Shown one piece after another: positions 29,721 through 39,496 of a DNA stretch of 64,000 nucleotides (positions are counted from its first letter, which is position 1; each line of letters starts with the position of its first letter). The DNA comes from Thermodesulfobacteriota bacterium. Lineage in GTDB: Bacteria; Desulfobacterota_D; UBA1144; Nemesobacterales; Nemesobacteraceae. Under the pieces are notes generated by a model. It did no database searches, was not told where the DNA came from, and saw only the letters and a program-made list of their open reading frames with translations. Position numbers and translations under genes: made by a program. The stretch lies in the NCBI GenBank assembly GCA_965202785.1, contig OZ241855.1, positions 192,001 to 256,000 on the forward strand, written 5' to 3'.

Positions 29721-32659
29721 TAGACTCTTTCCTGTTTGACTTTCTTAAGATAGGTAATCGCGGGCTTAGTGTTTACCACTTCGAGAACCTTGTAACCCCT
29801 ATCGTCCCCAGAGAGCACCGACGCCCTGCTCTTGTCGTCAAGCAGGTTGCCGAACACTATGGCGTCGCTCGGGCAAGCCTGCTCGCAGGCCGTGAGAACC
29901 TCTCTGTCGCGAAGGAGCCTTCCTTCATCCTTCGCGAGGTCCTTGCCGTAGCTTATTCTCTGAACGCAGAAGGTGCATTTTTCCATGATCCCTTTCGACC
30001 TGACGGTCACGTCGGGATTAAGCTGCCAGTTAAGCGGCTCGGGGAACTTGTAGGTATACCAGTTAAACCTTCTTACCTTGTAGGTGCAGTTGTTCGCGCA
30101 GTACCTGGTTCCAACGCAGCGGTTGTATATCATGCCGTTTAGGCCCTCGTGGTTGTGGTAAGTCGCGAAAACCGGACACACGGGCTCGCAAGGAGCGTTT
30201 CCGCACTGCTGGCAGAGCATGGGCAGAAATCTTACGTCAAGGCTCCCATCGCTGTTTTTCTCAAAAAATCTCTCTATGCGAATCCAGTTCATCTCGCGAC
30301 GTTTCGCCATCTGCTTCTTTCCGACAAAGGGAATATTGTTCTCCGCGGAACACGCAGTCACGCAGGCTCCGCAGCCGGTGCACTTGTTAAGGTCTATTGC
30401 CATTCCCCATCTGTATTTCGAGTATTCTTTTTCCGGATAGAAATCAGGGTGCTCCGAGTGGTGCGCCCCATGGGCGCCGTTATGATGACCAATCTGGTCA
30501 AGAGCTACAGTCTTGGCGACATGCCTGTCTCCCTGGGTTTTCGTGTACTGCGTTCTTACGAGCAGATCCCTTTTTCTAAGAGATGAAACGTTTGCCTTGG
30601 TTGAAAGGAGCGAGAATCCCCCTGAGAGCGCGTCGGTCGCAGCCGGCAGCAGGGCAAAAGGATTCACCCCCCTTCCCTTCGCGTACCTTCCGTAGGAAGT
30701 GTGCCCCTGCCCCAGTGGAACGGCTATCGTATCGGGCCTTATTCCCTCATAGACGAAAACCTGGACCTCAAAGCTTCCCCCGGGGACATCCACCTTCACG
30801 TAGGAACCGTCCTCGAGGCCCATTTTCGCCGCAACCGCGGGATTTATCTCAAGCCACGAATCCCAGACCGAAGTGGTAAGAGCTTCGGGAAGTTCCTGAA
30901 GCCACGGCTTGTTTGCCCCCCTTCCGTCCAAAAACCTGTATGACGGATAAGCGATCAGGTGAAAATCTCCCTCTCCGCTAAACTGCGGGTCCTTGAACGA
31001 AACAGAACTTATCTTCGGTGAAAGAGCGACGCTGACGGGGGCAGGAGTGGTCGTGACGAACCCTTTTACGACAAGATTCTTCCAGAACTTCTCAAAGCCC
31101 GTTCCAGGGGAGATTGTCGCGGCTTTTTCCTTCCAGGCGTTTCTCAGATAGTCATAATATTTTTTCTCGGCAAAGGCATTTTTAAGCCCCTCGACATTCT
31201 TTGAAACCGATATCAGGGTATCACCCGCGGATTTGGTATTGAAAACGGGTCTCATAACGGGCTGAACGATACCGGTTACGCTTTTTTTCGGGCTGTAGTC
31301 ACCCCAGCTTTCAAAATTGGTGCTTTCCGGAAGTACGAGATGGGCTTTCTCGGAAGTTTCATCAAGGAACGCGGAAAGACTCAAGACAAACGGCACTTTT
31401 TCAAGCGCCTCGGCGACTTTCAGCTCTCCGGGAAGCGTGAAAACGGGGTTCACGTTATGAACGATGAGAATTTCCACCTTGCCCGACCTCATCTCCTCCA
31501 CAAGATTGCTTATATCGCCGAAAGTGTTCGCTCCCGAGATTGAGAGCGGATCTGAGAAATCAACCGTCTTGCCTATGTTTCCCGCAAGGTAGTTCAGCAT
31601 GTTCACGGCAACCATGGTTTCGGTAGCGTTCGATCCGGTGTTGGCGGCACCGCCGCCTATTGCGAGACTCTTGGAAGCCGCGAAGTCGCGCGCGATTTTC
31701 TGTATCGTGTCCGCGGACACTTCGGTAAGCCCCGCGACTTTTTCGGGCGTATAGCCTGAAACCATTGCGGCTATCGGCCCCGGGGCAACCTTGTTAAGCC
31801 CCTTTGAGATCATAACGTTAGCTATTCCCAAAGCGAGGTACTGTTCGGTACCCGGTTTCGCCGCGATCCATGTATCGGCATTTGAAGCGGTCATTCCGGA
31901 GCGCGGCTCTATATGCACAATCTGGCCGGTTTTCCCGTGATCTATATCCCTCAGCTTTGAATGCCCTATGGAATTTGAAACCGTGGATAGCCACGTCTCA
32001 AGATAATCTGCCCCGAAGGAAAGAAGATAGTCCGCCTTGTCTATTCTGTAGGAAGGAATTTCGTCTCTTCCGAAAACAATTGAATTCGCCTTTCTGATGG
32101 GTTCGTGGGAAAAAGTCTCGTAAACGTAATGCTCTCCCCCGAGGGGTTTCAGAAACTCGGCCACCAGCTTTGAGTAAGTTCCCGATATGTCGTTGCTCAG
32201 ATAGACGATCTTCCCCGAACCGAGGGAATTTAATTTCTCCGCGAGCAGTTCTTCACCCCGCTTCCAGCCTATAGCTTCAAGCCTCTGGGTTTCAGGGTTG
32301 CGTACAAGCGGGGAGCGGACCCTGTCGGGGTTGTAAAGGCCCTGTAGGGAAGCCTGGCCCATGGCGCATGTCTTACCCTTGTTTATCGGGCTATCGGGGT
32401 TGCCTTCAACCTTTATGGCGCGACCCTCGCGGTTTTTCACTACAAAACCGCAACCGGATGAACACTCCCTGCAGGTCGTCGTATAGAACTTAGGAACTCC
32501 GGGAATAACGTTTTCAGGAGGAATAACGTAAGGGATTATCTGCTCTACCGGCTCCGAGCAGCTTCCGGCAACAGCTGCCGTACCGCCCGCTACCCCGATC
32601 ACTTTCAGGAAATCTCTTCTTTTCATCCCCTCTTTCCCTTTCTTTTCTTTCCCAGACAT
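29720..32659 (-). CDS. actB: Alternative complex III subunit ActB (molybdopterin-oxidoreductase-like domain plus Fe-S domain)
   Basis: TAT motif KRRDFLK followed by a lipobox-like Cys; CTGCGACVTAC, CQQCGNAPCEPVCP, CVGTRYCANNC, EKCTFC; start at ATG 32659 with GGAGG SD. Confidence 0.93.
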   Translation of the reverse strand: MSGKEKKGKEGMKRRDFLKVIGVAGGTAAVAGSCSEPVEQIIPYVIPPENVIPGVPKFYTTTCRECSSGCGFVVKNREGRAIKVEGNPDSPINKGKTCAMGQASLQGLYNPDRVRSPLVRNPETQRLEAIGWKRGEELLAEKLNSLGSGKIVYLSNDISGTYSKLVAEFLKPLGGEHYVYETFSHEPIRKANSIVFGRDEIPSYRIDKADYLLSFGADYLETWLSTVSNSIGHSKLRDIDHGKTGQIVHIEPRSGMTASNADTWIAAKPGTEQYLALGIANVMISKGLNKVAPGPIAAMVSGYTPEKVAGLTEVSADTIQKIARDFAASKSLAIGGGAANTGSNATETMVAVNMLNYLAGNIGKTVDFSDPLSISGANTFGDISNLVEEMRSGKVEILIVHNVNPVFTLPGELKVAEALEKVPFVLSLSAFLDETSEKAHLVLPESTNFESWGDYSPKKSVTGIVQPVMRPVFNTKSAGDTLISVSKNVEGLKNAFAEKKYYDYLRNAWKEKAATISPGTGFEKFWKNLVVKGFVTTTPAPVSVALSPKISSVSFKDPQFSGEGDFHLIAYPSYRFLDGRGANKPWLQELPEALTTSVWDSWLEINPAVAAKMGLEDGSYVKVDVPGGSFEVQVFVYEGIRPDTIAVPLGQGHTSYGRYAKGRGVNPFALLPAATDALSGGFSLLSTKANVSSLRKRDLLVRTQYTKTQGDRHVAKTVALDQIGHHNGAHGAHHSEHPDFYPEKEYSKYRWGMAIDLNKCTGCGACVTACSAENNIPFVGKKQMAKRREMNWIRIERFFEKNSDGSLDVRFLPMLCQQCGNAPCEPVCPVFATYHNHEGLNGMIYNRCVGTRYCANNCTYKVRRFNWYTYKFPEPLNWQLNPDVTVRSKGIMEKCTFCVQRISYGKDLAKDEGRLLRDREVLTACEQACPSDAIVFGNLLDDKSRASVLSGDDRGYKVLEVVNTKPAITYLKKVKQERV

Positions 32660-32673
32660 ATATCCCCTCCGGC

Positions 32674-33306
32674 CTAATAGTGGCAGGTCAGACAATCCTT
32701 AAGTTCAGTCTTGTGCTGCTCGTCGTCAGCGTTTTCTTCATGACACGATATGCAGAACCCCATAGTCAGGTCCTTTGCCTTGTGCACCACGTCCATTTTC
32801 TCAACTTCCCCGTGACAGGTACTGCACTCAAATCCGCGCTTTATGTGCCTTTTGTGGTTAAAACGCACAAACTCCGGCATTCCCGCGGAGGTCGTGCCGT
32901 ACATTCCGGTAACCTTTACCCACGGTATCGGTTCCTGCCTTCGCCAGTAACCCTTTACCTTGTTTATCTCCTCTCTTATGTTGATCGTCTGCCCTCCCTG
33001 GGTGGTGTATTCAACGTCCCTTCCGGCAACATAGGAATGACATCCCATGCACTTCTGCATCGAGGGAATACCGGGATGGGGAGAAACTTCCGTGTAGCTG
33101 TGGCAGGTCTCACATTTTATCTGGTTGTCACCAGCGTGTATTTTGTGGCTGAAAAGAACGGGCTGCGCCGGCCCTTTGTCTCTGCTCTCGGCAGTTTCCG
33201 CGTGTAGGCAAAAACCCGCAGCGACAAATAAAACGGTTATAGCAATACGCAGGAATCTGTGTGTGTCTCTCTTCATCCTAAACTTGCTGAAAAACGGGTT
33301 ATTCAA
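32674..33306 (-). CDS. actA: Alternative complex III pentaheme cytochrome c ActA
   Basis: QPVLFSHKIH plus five CxxCH motifs (CETCH, CMGCH, CSTCH, CISCH, CLTCH). Confidence 0.92.
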   Translation of the reverse strand: MNNPFFSKFRMKRDTHRFLRIAITVLFVAAGFCLHAETAESRDKGPAQPVLFSHKIHAGDNQIKCETCHSYTEVSPHPGIPSMQKCMGCHSYVAGRDVEYTTQGGQTINIREEINKVKGYWRRQEPIPWVKVTGMYGTTSAGMPEFVRFNHKRHIKRGFECSTCHGEVEKMDVVHKAKDLTMGFCISCHEENADDEQHKTELKDCLTCHY

Positions 33307-33446
33307 TCAGGAAGTAAATTTGATCGGCTAGTATTATTAGCAAGTTCTCTTAATCTGTCAAGAATTCAGAAACCGCGTTGGAGAAACCACGAAACTTTAG
33401 AGAGGAAAAGTTCCCGGCGACTGGTTACAACTCGAAAAAAATCACC

Positions 33447-34205
33447 TCACCACGATGCTTTCTCCGAGAGCCCCTCTAAAAAGGCATCCGCTGAGAATTC
33501 TCCCCCGAAAAGCGGGGAAAAACAGCCTTCCCCAATGCCCTTGAGTTCCGAAAAGGAGCCGCCTTCAACATCAAGCCCCGGCAAAAAGGGCAGCACCCCG
33601 AGTATGTTCACCGAGAAGACATCCCTCAGGACGGCCGGGTTGGTGGCTGAAGCCACGTCCGCGGGTCTCGGGAATCCGTTTATCACTACTCCGAGCACCT
33701 GTGCGCCCCTTTGCCTAGCGTATTCAAGTGAAAGGGCGGTATGGTTAAGGGTGCCGAGCCCCGGGCGCGCAACTATAATCATCGGGGCATCAAGATCAAC
33801 GGCAAGGTCAGCCATCATGTAGCTCCCGGTAACGGGCACGCAGAGACCTCCCGCGCCTTCAACGAGGGTTACTTCGTTTCGGGATATATAATCCCGCGTA
33901 TGTTCTATTATGTCCTCCAAGGGAATATCAACCCCTTCAATCCCGGCGGCACGATAGGGAGAGAGGGGAGCTTTCAGGCGGCAGGGAGAAACCTCGGACA
34001 GCACGCAGTCCCTTCCCAGGAATGCGTAGATGAATTCGGCGTCGCTCAGGCCTTCGAGCTCCGTTCCAGTCTGAAACGGCTTTATTGCTCCAGTCACAAC
34101 ACCTTTTTCCCAGAGAAGAGCCGCAAGCGCCGCGGTGACCGCGGTTTTCCCCACTCCCGTGTCGGTACCGGTTATGAAAACGGCTTTGGGAAGGTCTTTC
34201 ATCAA
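33447..34205 (-). CDS. bioD: Dethiobiotin synthase
   Basis: FITGTDTGVGKT, KPFQTG, VEGAGG, LGTLNHT. Confidence 0.95.
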   Translation of the reverse strand: MMKDLPKAVFITGTDTGVGKTAVTAALAALLWEKGVVTGAIKPFQTGTELEGLSDAEFIYAFLGRDCVLSEVSPCRLKAPLSPYRAAGIEGVDIPLEDIIEHTRDYISRNEVTLVEGAGGLCVPVTGSYMMADLAVDLDAPMIIVARPGLGTLNHTALSLEYARQRGAQVLGVVINGFPRPADVASATNPAVLRDVFSVNILGVLPFLPGLDVEGGSFSELKGIGEGCFSPLFGGEFSADAFLEGLSEKASW

Positions 34206-34221
34206 ATTCGCGGCAGGAAAA

Positions 34222-34680
34222 CTACAAACCCAGTTCTCTTACCTTCTCGGTTACCTCTTCAGCGTGAGAGGAGGTCTTCACCTTGTTCCAGATATGGGCT
34301 ATTCTGCCACCTTTCTCTATAAGGAAGGTGACCCTGCGGGCGCTATCGAACTTGCTTTTTACCCCGTAAAGATCCACTATCTCCCTGCTCTTGTCGCTCA
34401 GCAGCGGGAAATTGAGCGAAAGCTTGTTTCTGAAGTTCTCATGGGACTTTACCCCGTCTGTGCTTACCCCCAGGACCTGCACTCCAAGGGACATAAGTTC
34501 CTCCTCCGCGTCGCGAAGCGAGCAGGCCTCCTTAGTACAGCCCGGGGTGTTGTCTCTGGGATAGAAGTAAAGCGCCACGGTTCCTTTCGAGTAAAAGTCA
34601 CTCAGTCTTACCTTCTCCGCTCCGTAGGTTTCGGCTTCAAAATCAGGAGCCTGGCTCCCTATCTCAAGATTCTCTGCCAT
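34222..34680 (-). CDS. bcp: Peroxiredoxin Q/BCP, copy 1
   Basis: LYFYPRDNTPGCTKEAC. Confidence 0.92.
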   Translation of the reverse strand: MAENLEIGSQAPDFEAETYGAEKVRLSDFYSKGTVALYFYPRDNTPGCTKEACSLRDAEEELMSLGVQVLGVSTDGVKSHENFRNKLSLNFPLLSDKSREIVDLYGVKSKFDSARRVTFLIEKGGRIAHIWNKVKTSSHAEEVTEKVRELGL

Positions 34681-34716
34681 TTCTAACCTCCTTGGTCACG
34701 GCAGCAAAGCAGGTAA

Positions 34717-35040
34717 TCAGAACATTCCCAGACTTTCTTTTGCCGCCTCGCTCATCTTTCCCGGATCCCAGGGCGGATCCCACACGATCTCAACGTTTAC
34801 TTCTGAGACTCCGTCAAGTTCCTCGACAAGGTACTTGGCTTCGGCAACTATCTGCGTTGCGGCGGGACATCCGGGAGACGTCATGGTCATATCGATATTC
34901 ACCCGGGAACCTTCTATGGCAATACCGTAGACAAGACCCAGATTGACTATATCTATCGGTATCTCGGGATCGTATATGTCGCCGAGAACCTCCATCACGT
35001 CATCTTTTGTAACTTCGGATTTTTCAGTCGTCTCGCTCAT
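34717..35040 (-). CDS. DUF59/SufT metal-sulfur cluster biosynthetic protein
   Basis: DPEIPIDIVNLGLVY, TMTSPGCP, VWDPPW. Confidence 0.92.
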   Translation of the reverse strand: MSETTEKSEVTKDDVMEVLGDIYDPEIPIDIVNLGLVYGIAIEGSRVNIDMTMTSPGCPAATQIVAEAKYLVEELDGVSEVNVEIVWDPPWDPGKMSEAAKESLGMF

Positions 35041-35071
35041 CGTAAAAAAGGCCCTTACTTAAAAAATATCA

Positions 35072-35326
35072 TTACCCGGCCTGCAACTCAACACCGCATC
35101 TGGGACAGAAGCCGTCAGACTCTCCGTATTCGTAGTATTCGCCGCAGTAAGGGCAAAGCTTTACTTTAGGCCTCGTGATGAGCCATAGCGGCAGAAACAG
35201 TATGAGGACGAAAAACACGCCGAGGAACCATAAAAACGCCTTCCCCGTGCTCTTGCCCCTGTTTTTCGCATCCGTATAAACCCAGAAAGCCGCTATAAAC
35301 GCGATTGCCAGTCCAAGAAATTGCAT
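35072..35326 (-). CDS. Small membrane protein with C-terminal zinc ribbon
   Basis: WVYTDAKNRG plus two TMs; CPYCG...CPRCG. Confidence 0.7.
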   Translation of the reverse strand: MQFLGLAIAFIAAFWVYTDAKNRGKSTGKAFLWFLGVFFVLILFLPLWLITRPKVKLCPYCGEYYEYGESDGFCPRCGVELQAG

Positions 35327-35371
35327 GGTAATCCTTATTCCCTATCGAAAATTATATGCTTTGTTCACCGT

Positions 35372-35836
35372 TCAAAGACCTAGTTCTTCTACCTTGCTGA
35401 GTATCTCTTCGGCATGGGACGAGGAATTAACTTTGCGCCAAATATACGCTATCCTGCCACCTTTCTCTATAAGGAAGGTGGTCCTGCTAGCAACGAAGGG
35501 GAAGAACTTCCATCTTACCCCGTAAAGATCCACTATCTCCCTTCTCTTGTCGCTCAGCAGCGGGAAGTTGAGCGAAAACTTGTCTCTGAACTTCTCATGG
35601 GACTTTATCCCGTCTGTGCTTACCCCCAGGATCTGCACTCCAAGAGACTCAAGCTCCTGCTCCGCGTTGCGAAGCGAACAAGCCTCCCTGATACAGCCCG
35701 TAGTGTTGTCCTTAGGATAGAAGTAAAGCGCCACGGTCCCTTTCGAGTAAAAGTCGCTCAACCTTACTTTTTCCGCTCCGTAGGTTTCGGCTTCAAAATC
35801 AGGAGCCTGACTCCCTATCTCAAGTTTTCTTCCCAT
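35372..35836 (-). CDS. bcp: Peroxiredoxin Q/BCP, copy 2
   Basis: LYFYPKDNTTGCIREAC; close paralog of 34222-34680. Confidence 0.92.
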   Translation of the reverse strand: MGRKLEIGSQAPDFEAETYGAEKVRLSDFYSKGTVALYFYPKDNTTGCIREACSLRNAEQELESLGVQILGVSTDGIKSHEKFRDKFSLNFPLLSDKRREIVDLYGVRWKFFPFVASRTTFLIEKGGRIAYIWRKVNSSSHAEEILSKVEELGL

Positions 35837-35892
35837 AACTGCTCCTTAATCTTGATGAAATCTTTGGTGAATTATCTATAATAATTCCCCCT

Positions 35893-36405
35893 CTATCCTA
35901 TTGATTTTATCACCTCAAGCGCCGCATTGTAATCCGGCTCGTTCACTATGTCTCCAACGTACTCAACGTGCTCGACCACGTTATCACGACCCACAACGAA
36001 AATCGCGCGGGCGAGAAGTCTGTTCTCCTTTATAAGCACCCCGTAGGCCTCGCCGAAAGAGGCGTGCTGGTAATCTGACGCCGTCCTCACCCTATCCACT
36101 CCGGCAGCCGCGCAGTAGCGGCTCTGTGCGAACGGAAGATCCACGCTCACCGTTATTATCTGGACCGAGTCAGAAAGCGCCGCCGCTTCCTCGTTGAACC
36201 TCCTGATCTGAACATCGCAGACCGGCGTGTCAACTGAAACCACAACGTTGAAAACCTTTACATCGTCTCCGAAACTCCCAAGGCTTACCTCGCTTCCCAA
36301 GGTTTCCACGCACCTGAAATCGGGAGCCGGGTCGCCTTTTTTCAGTTCAGGCCCGATAAGGGTAATCGGATTGCCTTTCATCTTTACCGCGTTGTCCCTT
36401 TCCAT
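35893..36405 (-). CDS. tpx: Thiol peroxidase Tpx
   Basis: SVDTPVC, DLPFAQSRYC, LLARAIFV, EPDY. Confidence 0.93.
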   Translation of the reverse strand: MERDNAVKMKGNPITLIGPELKKGDPAPDFRCVETLGSEVSLGSFGDDVKVFNVVVSVDTPVCDVQIRRFNEEAAALSDSVQIITVSVDLPFAQSRYCAAAGVDRVRTASDYQHASFGEAYGVLIKENRLLARAIFVVGRDNVVEHVEYVGDIVNEPDYNAALEVIKSIG

Positions 36406-36420
36406 TTGTCTTTTCCCTCC

Positions 36421-36771
36421 TTATGACTGTTTTTCGTCAATATCAAGATTTATTTTCCTAGCCGTTACGTTCGCATCATAAATGGATATCCCGGCAATGA
36501 AAAGCGTCGCAAGAGAATACCCCGCGACAAGAGTAAGCGTAGAGCTGGGAACATCTTCAAGCGTCTGGGTGTCCGCAAACTCAAGAAAAACCGCAAGCGG
36601 TTCGCGCGAAAGCATGTTCACGATGATTATGAGAGCGAATATCGAGATGGCCTTGGCAAATTGCCCGTTGTAGAGCTGTCCCAGTCCCGGGAAAAAAAGG
36701 GAAAGCAGAACTGCCAGCCAAGGTTTTTTTCTTCCTTCTCCACGCATGCTCCACAAGCACTCCATCAGCAA
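36421..36771 (-). CDS. Hypothetical membrane protein (TM2-like)
   Basis: KKPWLAVLLSLFFPGLGQLYNGQ motif; start may be a few codons downstream. Confidence 0.7.
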   Translation of the reverse strand: MLMECLWSMRGEGRKKPWLAVLLSLFFPGLGQLYNGQFAKAISIFALIIIVNMLSREPLAVFLEFADTQTLEDVPSSTLTLVAGYSLATLFIAGISIYDANVTARKINLDIDEKQS

Positions 36772-37538
36772 AGAAAACCGCGAAGGGCCTCCCCGGGGCT
36801 CTCAGCTTTCATAAACGTTTCTCCTATAAGAAAAGTGTCTATACCGCAGGCCATAAGTCCTTCCATGTCCCTGACCGACGATATGCCGCTTTCGCTTATT
36901 ATGATTTTCCCTTCAGGCACCATGGCGGAAAGCCTCTTTGAGACGTCAAGCGAAACGTCAAATGTCCGAAGGTCCCTGTTATTTATGCCGATTATCTCGC
37001 TTCCTGCCAACAAAGCGGTCTCAAGTTCCTCCTCGCCGTGCACCTCCACGATGCAGTTCATCCCTAGGGAACGCGAGAGAGAAAGATATTCCTCTATCTG
37101 CCCGCGGTCCAGCACGGCGACTATAAGAAGCACGAGGTCGGCCCCGTGGCACCTTGCCTCATAGACCTGGTAGGGGTCTATGGTGAAATCCTTTCTCAGA
37201 ATCGGAAGCGCCGAGTGAGTTCTTATATCGGAGAGATAGGAAATGTCTCCCCCGAAGAACTTGCGGTCTGTAAGAACCGAAAGCGCAAAAGCCCCCGAGG
37301 CTTCATACTCCCGGGCAATAGAGAAATGATCGAAATCATCCCTTATGACGCCCTTGGAGGGAGAAGCCCGTTTTATTTCCGATATTATTTTCACCCCACG
37401 GGTCTTTGCGTGAAGAGCGGCAAAGTCAATTGCCGGGGGGCGGTCCGCGGAGGCGGAGGCGAGTTCTTCGAGAGGAAGCTTTTTTTTCGCTTCATCCAGT
37501 TCCTGCCTTTTATACGCAACTATATCGTTAAGAATCAT
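36765..37538 (-). CDS. trpC: Indole-3-glycerol phosphate synthase
   Basis: IISEIKRASPSKG, LRKDF, GINNRDL, SESGI; start at MILNDIV. Confidence 0.96.
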   Translation of the reverse strand: MILNDIVAYKRQELDEAKKKLPLEELASASADRPPAIDFAALHAKTRGVKIISEIKRASPSKGVIRDDFDHFSIAREYEASGAFALSVLTDRKFFGGDISYLSDIRTHSALPILRKDFTIDPYQVYEARCHGADLVLLIVAVLDRGQIEEYLSLSRSLGMNCIVEVHGEEELETALLAGSEIIGINNRDLRTFDVSLDVSKRLSAMVPEGKIIISESGISSVRDMEGLMACGIDTFLIGETFMKAESPGEALRGFLC

Positions 37539-38562
37539 TGGGCTGGTTCCGCTTGGTAATTTCAACGAGCATTTCAAGCTTTCCAAGGGCGGCCCCGCTT
37601 GAAAGAGAATCTTTGGCCAGAACGAGTGCTTCCGCAAGGCTCGCCGCCTTGCCCGAAACGTATATGGCCGCCATCGCGTTAAGCAGACTCGCGTCTGTTT
37701 TCGCCCCGTTCTCCCCTCCCCTCAGCACAGAAAGGGTTATCTCGGCGTTCTCAGCCGCGCTCGCGCCGCCCCTGAGTTCTTCCTGCGAGCGGGTTTTTAC
37801 GCCAAAATCTTCGGGGTGCAGATCATACTCGGCGATTTCGCCGTCGCGAAGTTCGGCCACTTTCGTGTCCCCCGTAACGGTTATTTCGTCCATGCACCCT
37901 TCACCGTGAACCACCATGACCTTTTGCGAACCCAGGTTCTTAAGCACCTCGGCAACGGGAACGAGAAGCTGCGGTGAGTAGACTCCCATAACCTGATTCC
38001 TCACTCCCGCGGGATTTACCACGGGACCTATCAGGTTAAAAACAGTCCTTATTCCGAGTTCCTTCCTGCACTTTGCTACATTTCTCATGGCGGGGTGATA
38101 CACAGGAGCGAAAAGAAAAGCTATGCCCGCTTCCGAAAGACATTTCTGCGCGAGAGACGGGGGAATGCCTATTTTCACTCCGAGCGCTTCCAGTACGTCC
38201 GCGCTTCCGACCGGGCTTGAAACCGACCTGTTGCCATGTTTTGCGACCGTGACTCCTGCTCCTGAGACTATGAAGGCAGCGGTTGTGGATATGTTAAAGG
38301 TCCCGCTTCCGTCACCGCCGGTTCCGCAGAGGTCCACTGCCGTTTCCCGGTCGCAGTCTATCTTTTCGGCCTTACCCAAAAGGGCCTTTGCCACGCCGGT
38401 TATCTCGGAAACGGTTTCCCCCTTCATGCGAAGCGCCGTAAGAAAGGCGGCCATCTGGCTTTCGGGAAGTTCCCCCTCCATCATAAGGTCAAAGACCGCG
38501 GTCACTTCTTTCTCCGAGAGATCTCCACCTTCCACAAGCTTAGAGATTACTTCAGTTATCAT
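37528..38562 (-). CDS. trpD: Anthranilate phosphoribosyltransferase
   Basis: DLCGTGGDG..TFNIST, KHGNRSVSS..GSADVLE, RTVFNLIGP. Confidence 0.96.
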   Translation of the reverse strand: MITEVISKLVEGGDLSEKEVTAVFDLMMEGELPESQMAAFLTALRMKGETVSEITGVAKALLGKAEKIDCDRETAVDLCGTGGDGSGTFNISTTAAFIVSGAGVTVAKHGNRSVSSPVGSADVLEALGVKIGIPPSLAQKCLSEAGIAFLFAPVYHPAMRNVAKCRKELGIRTVFNLIGPVVNPAGVRNQVMGVYSPQLLVPVAEVLKNLGSQKVMVVHGEGCMDEITVTGDTKVAELRDGEIAEYDLHPEDFGVKTRSQEELRGGASAAENAEITLSVLRGGENGAKTDASLLNAMAAIYVSGKAASLAEALVLAKDSLSSGAALGKLEMLVEITKRNQPNDS

Positions 38563-39007
38563 CGCCGAACTCGCCTCTTTCCATGCTTTTCCCAATCTTA
38601 TCGAGAATACCGTTTATAAACGCGGCGGAGGTCTCCGACCCGAACTCCTTGGCCACTTCGATCGCCTCGTTTATAGTAACAGGCAGAGGTATATCGCTCA
38701 AGAAGACGATCTCGTAAACCGAGAGGCGCAGAATGTTCCTGTCTATCGGGGACATTCTCGACACCCTCCAGTGCTCAGAATATCTGTTTAAGATGCCGTC
38801 TATGGACTCGATGTTCCCCACAACGCCCTGGCAGAGCAGAAACGCAAATTCAAGCGTTTCCCCGTCCGCCGCTTCGTGATGAAGCAAACAGAAAGATTCA
38901 AAATTGGAACGCAGGTTGGATGACTTTGGGGAACTTTCCCCGGAGGCTGAATCAACCTGATAGAGAAACTGAAGGGCGGTTTTCCTGGATGACCTTCTCT
39001 TCCCCAT
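38552..39007 (-). CDS. nusB: Transcription antitermination factor NusB
   Basis: RRSSRK.ALQFLYQ, DRNILRL, INEAIEVAK.FG, FINGILD. Confidence 0.96.
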   Translation of the reverse strand: MGKRRSSRKTALQFLYQVDSASGESSPKSSNLRSNFESFCLLHHEAADGETLEFAFLLCQGVVGNIESIDGILNRYSEHWRVSRMSPIDRNILRLSVYEIVFLSDIPLPVTINEAIEVAKEFGSETSAAFINGILDKIGKSMERGEFGDDN

Positions 39008-39017
39008 CTGGTAAATC

Positions 39018-39485
39018 TTAGGAAAGCGCTTTTACGAGATTAACCATCTCAAGCGCGCTAAGTGCGGCCTCGCTTCCCCTGTTTCCCGCCTTAACCCCTG
39101 CCCTTTCAATGGCCTGCTCGGTGGTTTCAGTGGTTATTATGCCGCAGCAGACGGGCACTCCGGTTTCAAGAGCCACCGCTGAGAGATCCTTTGTCACCTG
39201 CGAAGCGAGAAAATCAAAATGGGAAGTCTGCCCCCTTATTATGGCTCCAATCGCCACGACGGCATCGTATTTTCCTGACAGTGCCGCCTTTTTCACCGCC
39301 AAAGGCACCTCAAAAGAACCCGGCACCTTTATCACGTCTATTGACCTCTCCGCCGCGCCGTGACGAACGAGGGTATCGATCGCTCCCTCCGTCATGGGGT
39401 TCGTGACGAAACTGTTGACCCTGCTTGACACGATGGCGAAGCGGAATTTCCCGGCGCTCAGTTTTCCTTCTATCGTTTCAGGCAT
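39018..39485 (-). CDS. ribH: 6,7-dimethyl-8-ribityllumazine synthase
   Basis: VPGSFEVP, GAIIRGQTSHFD, QAIERAG. Confidence 0.96.
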   Translation of the reverse strand: MPETIEGKLSAGKFRFAIVSSRVNSFVTNPMTEGAIDTLVRHGAAERSIDVIKVPGSFEVPLAVKKAALSGKYDAVVAIGAIIRGQTSHFDFLASQVTKDLSAVALETGVPVCCGIITTETTEQAIERAGVKAGNRGSEAALSALEMVNLVKALS

Positions 39486-39496
39486 TTGCTCCCCTC

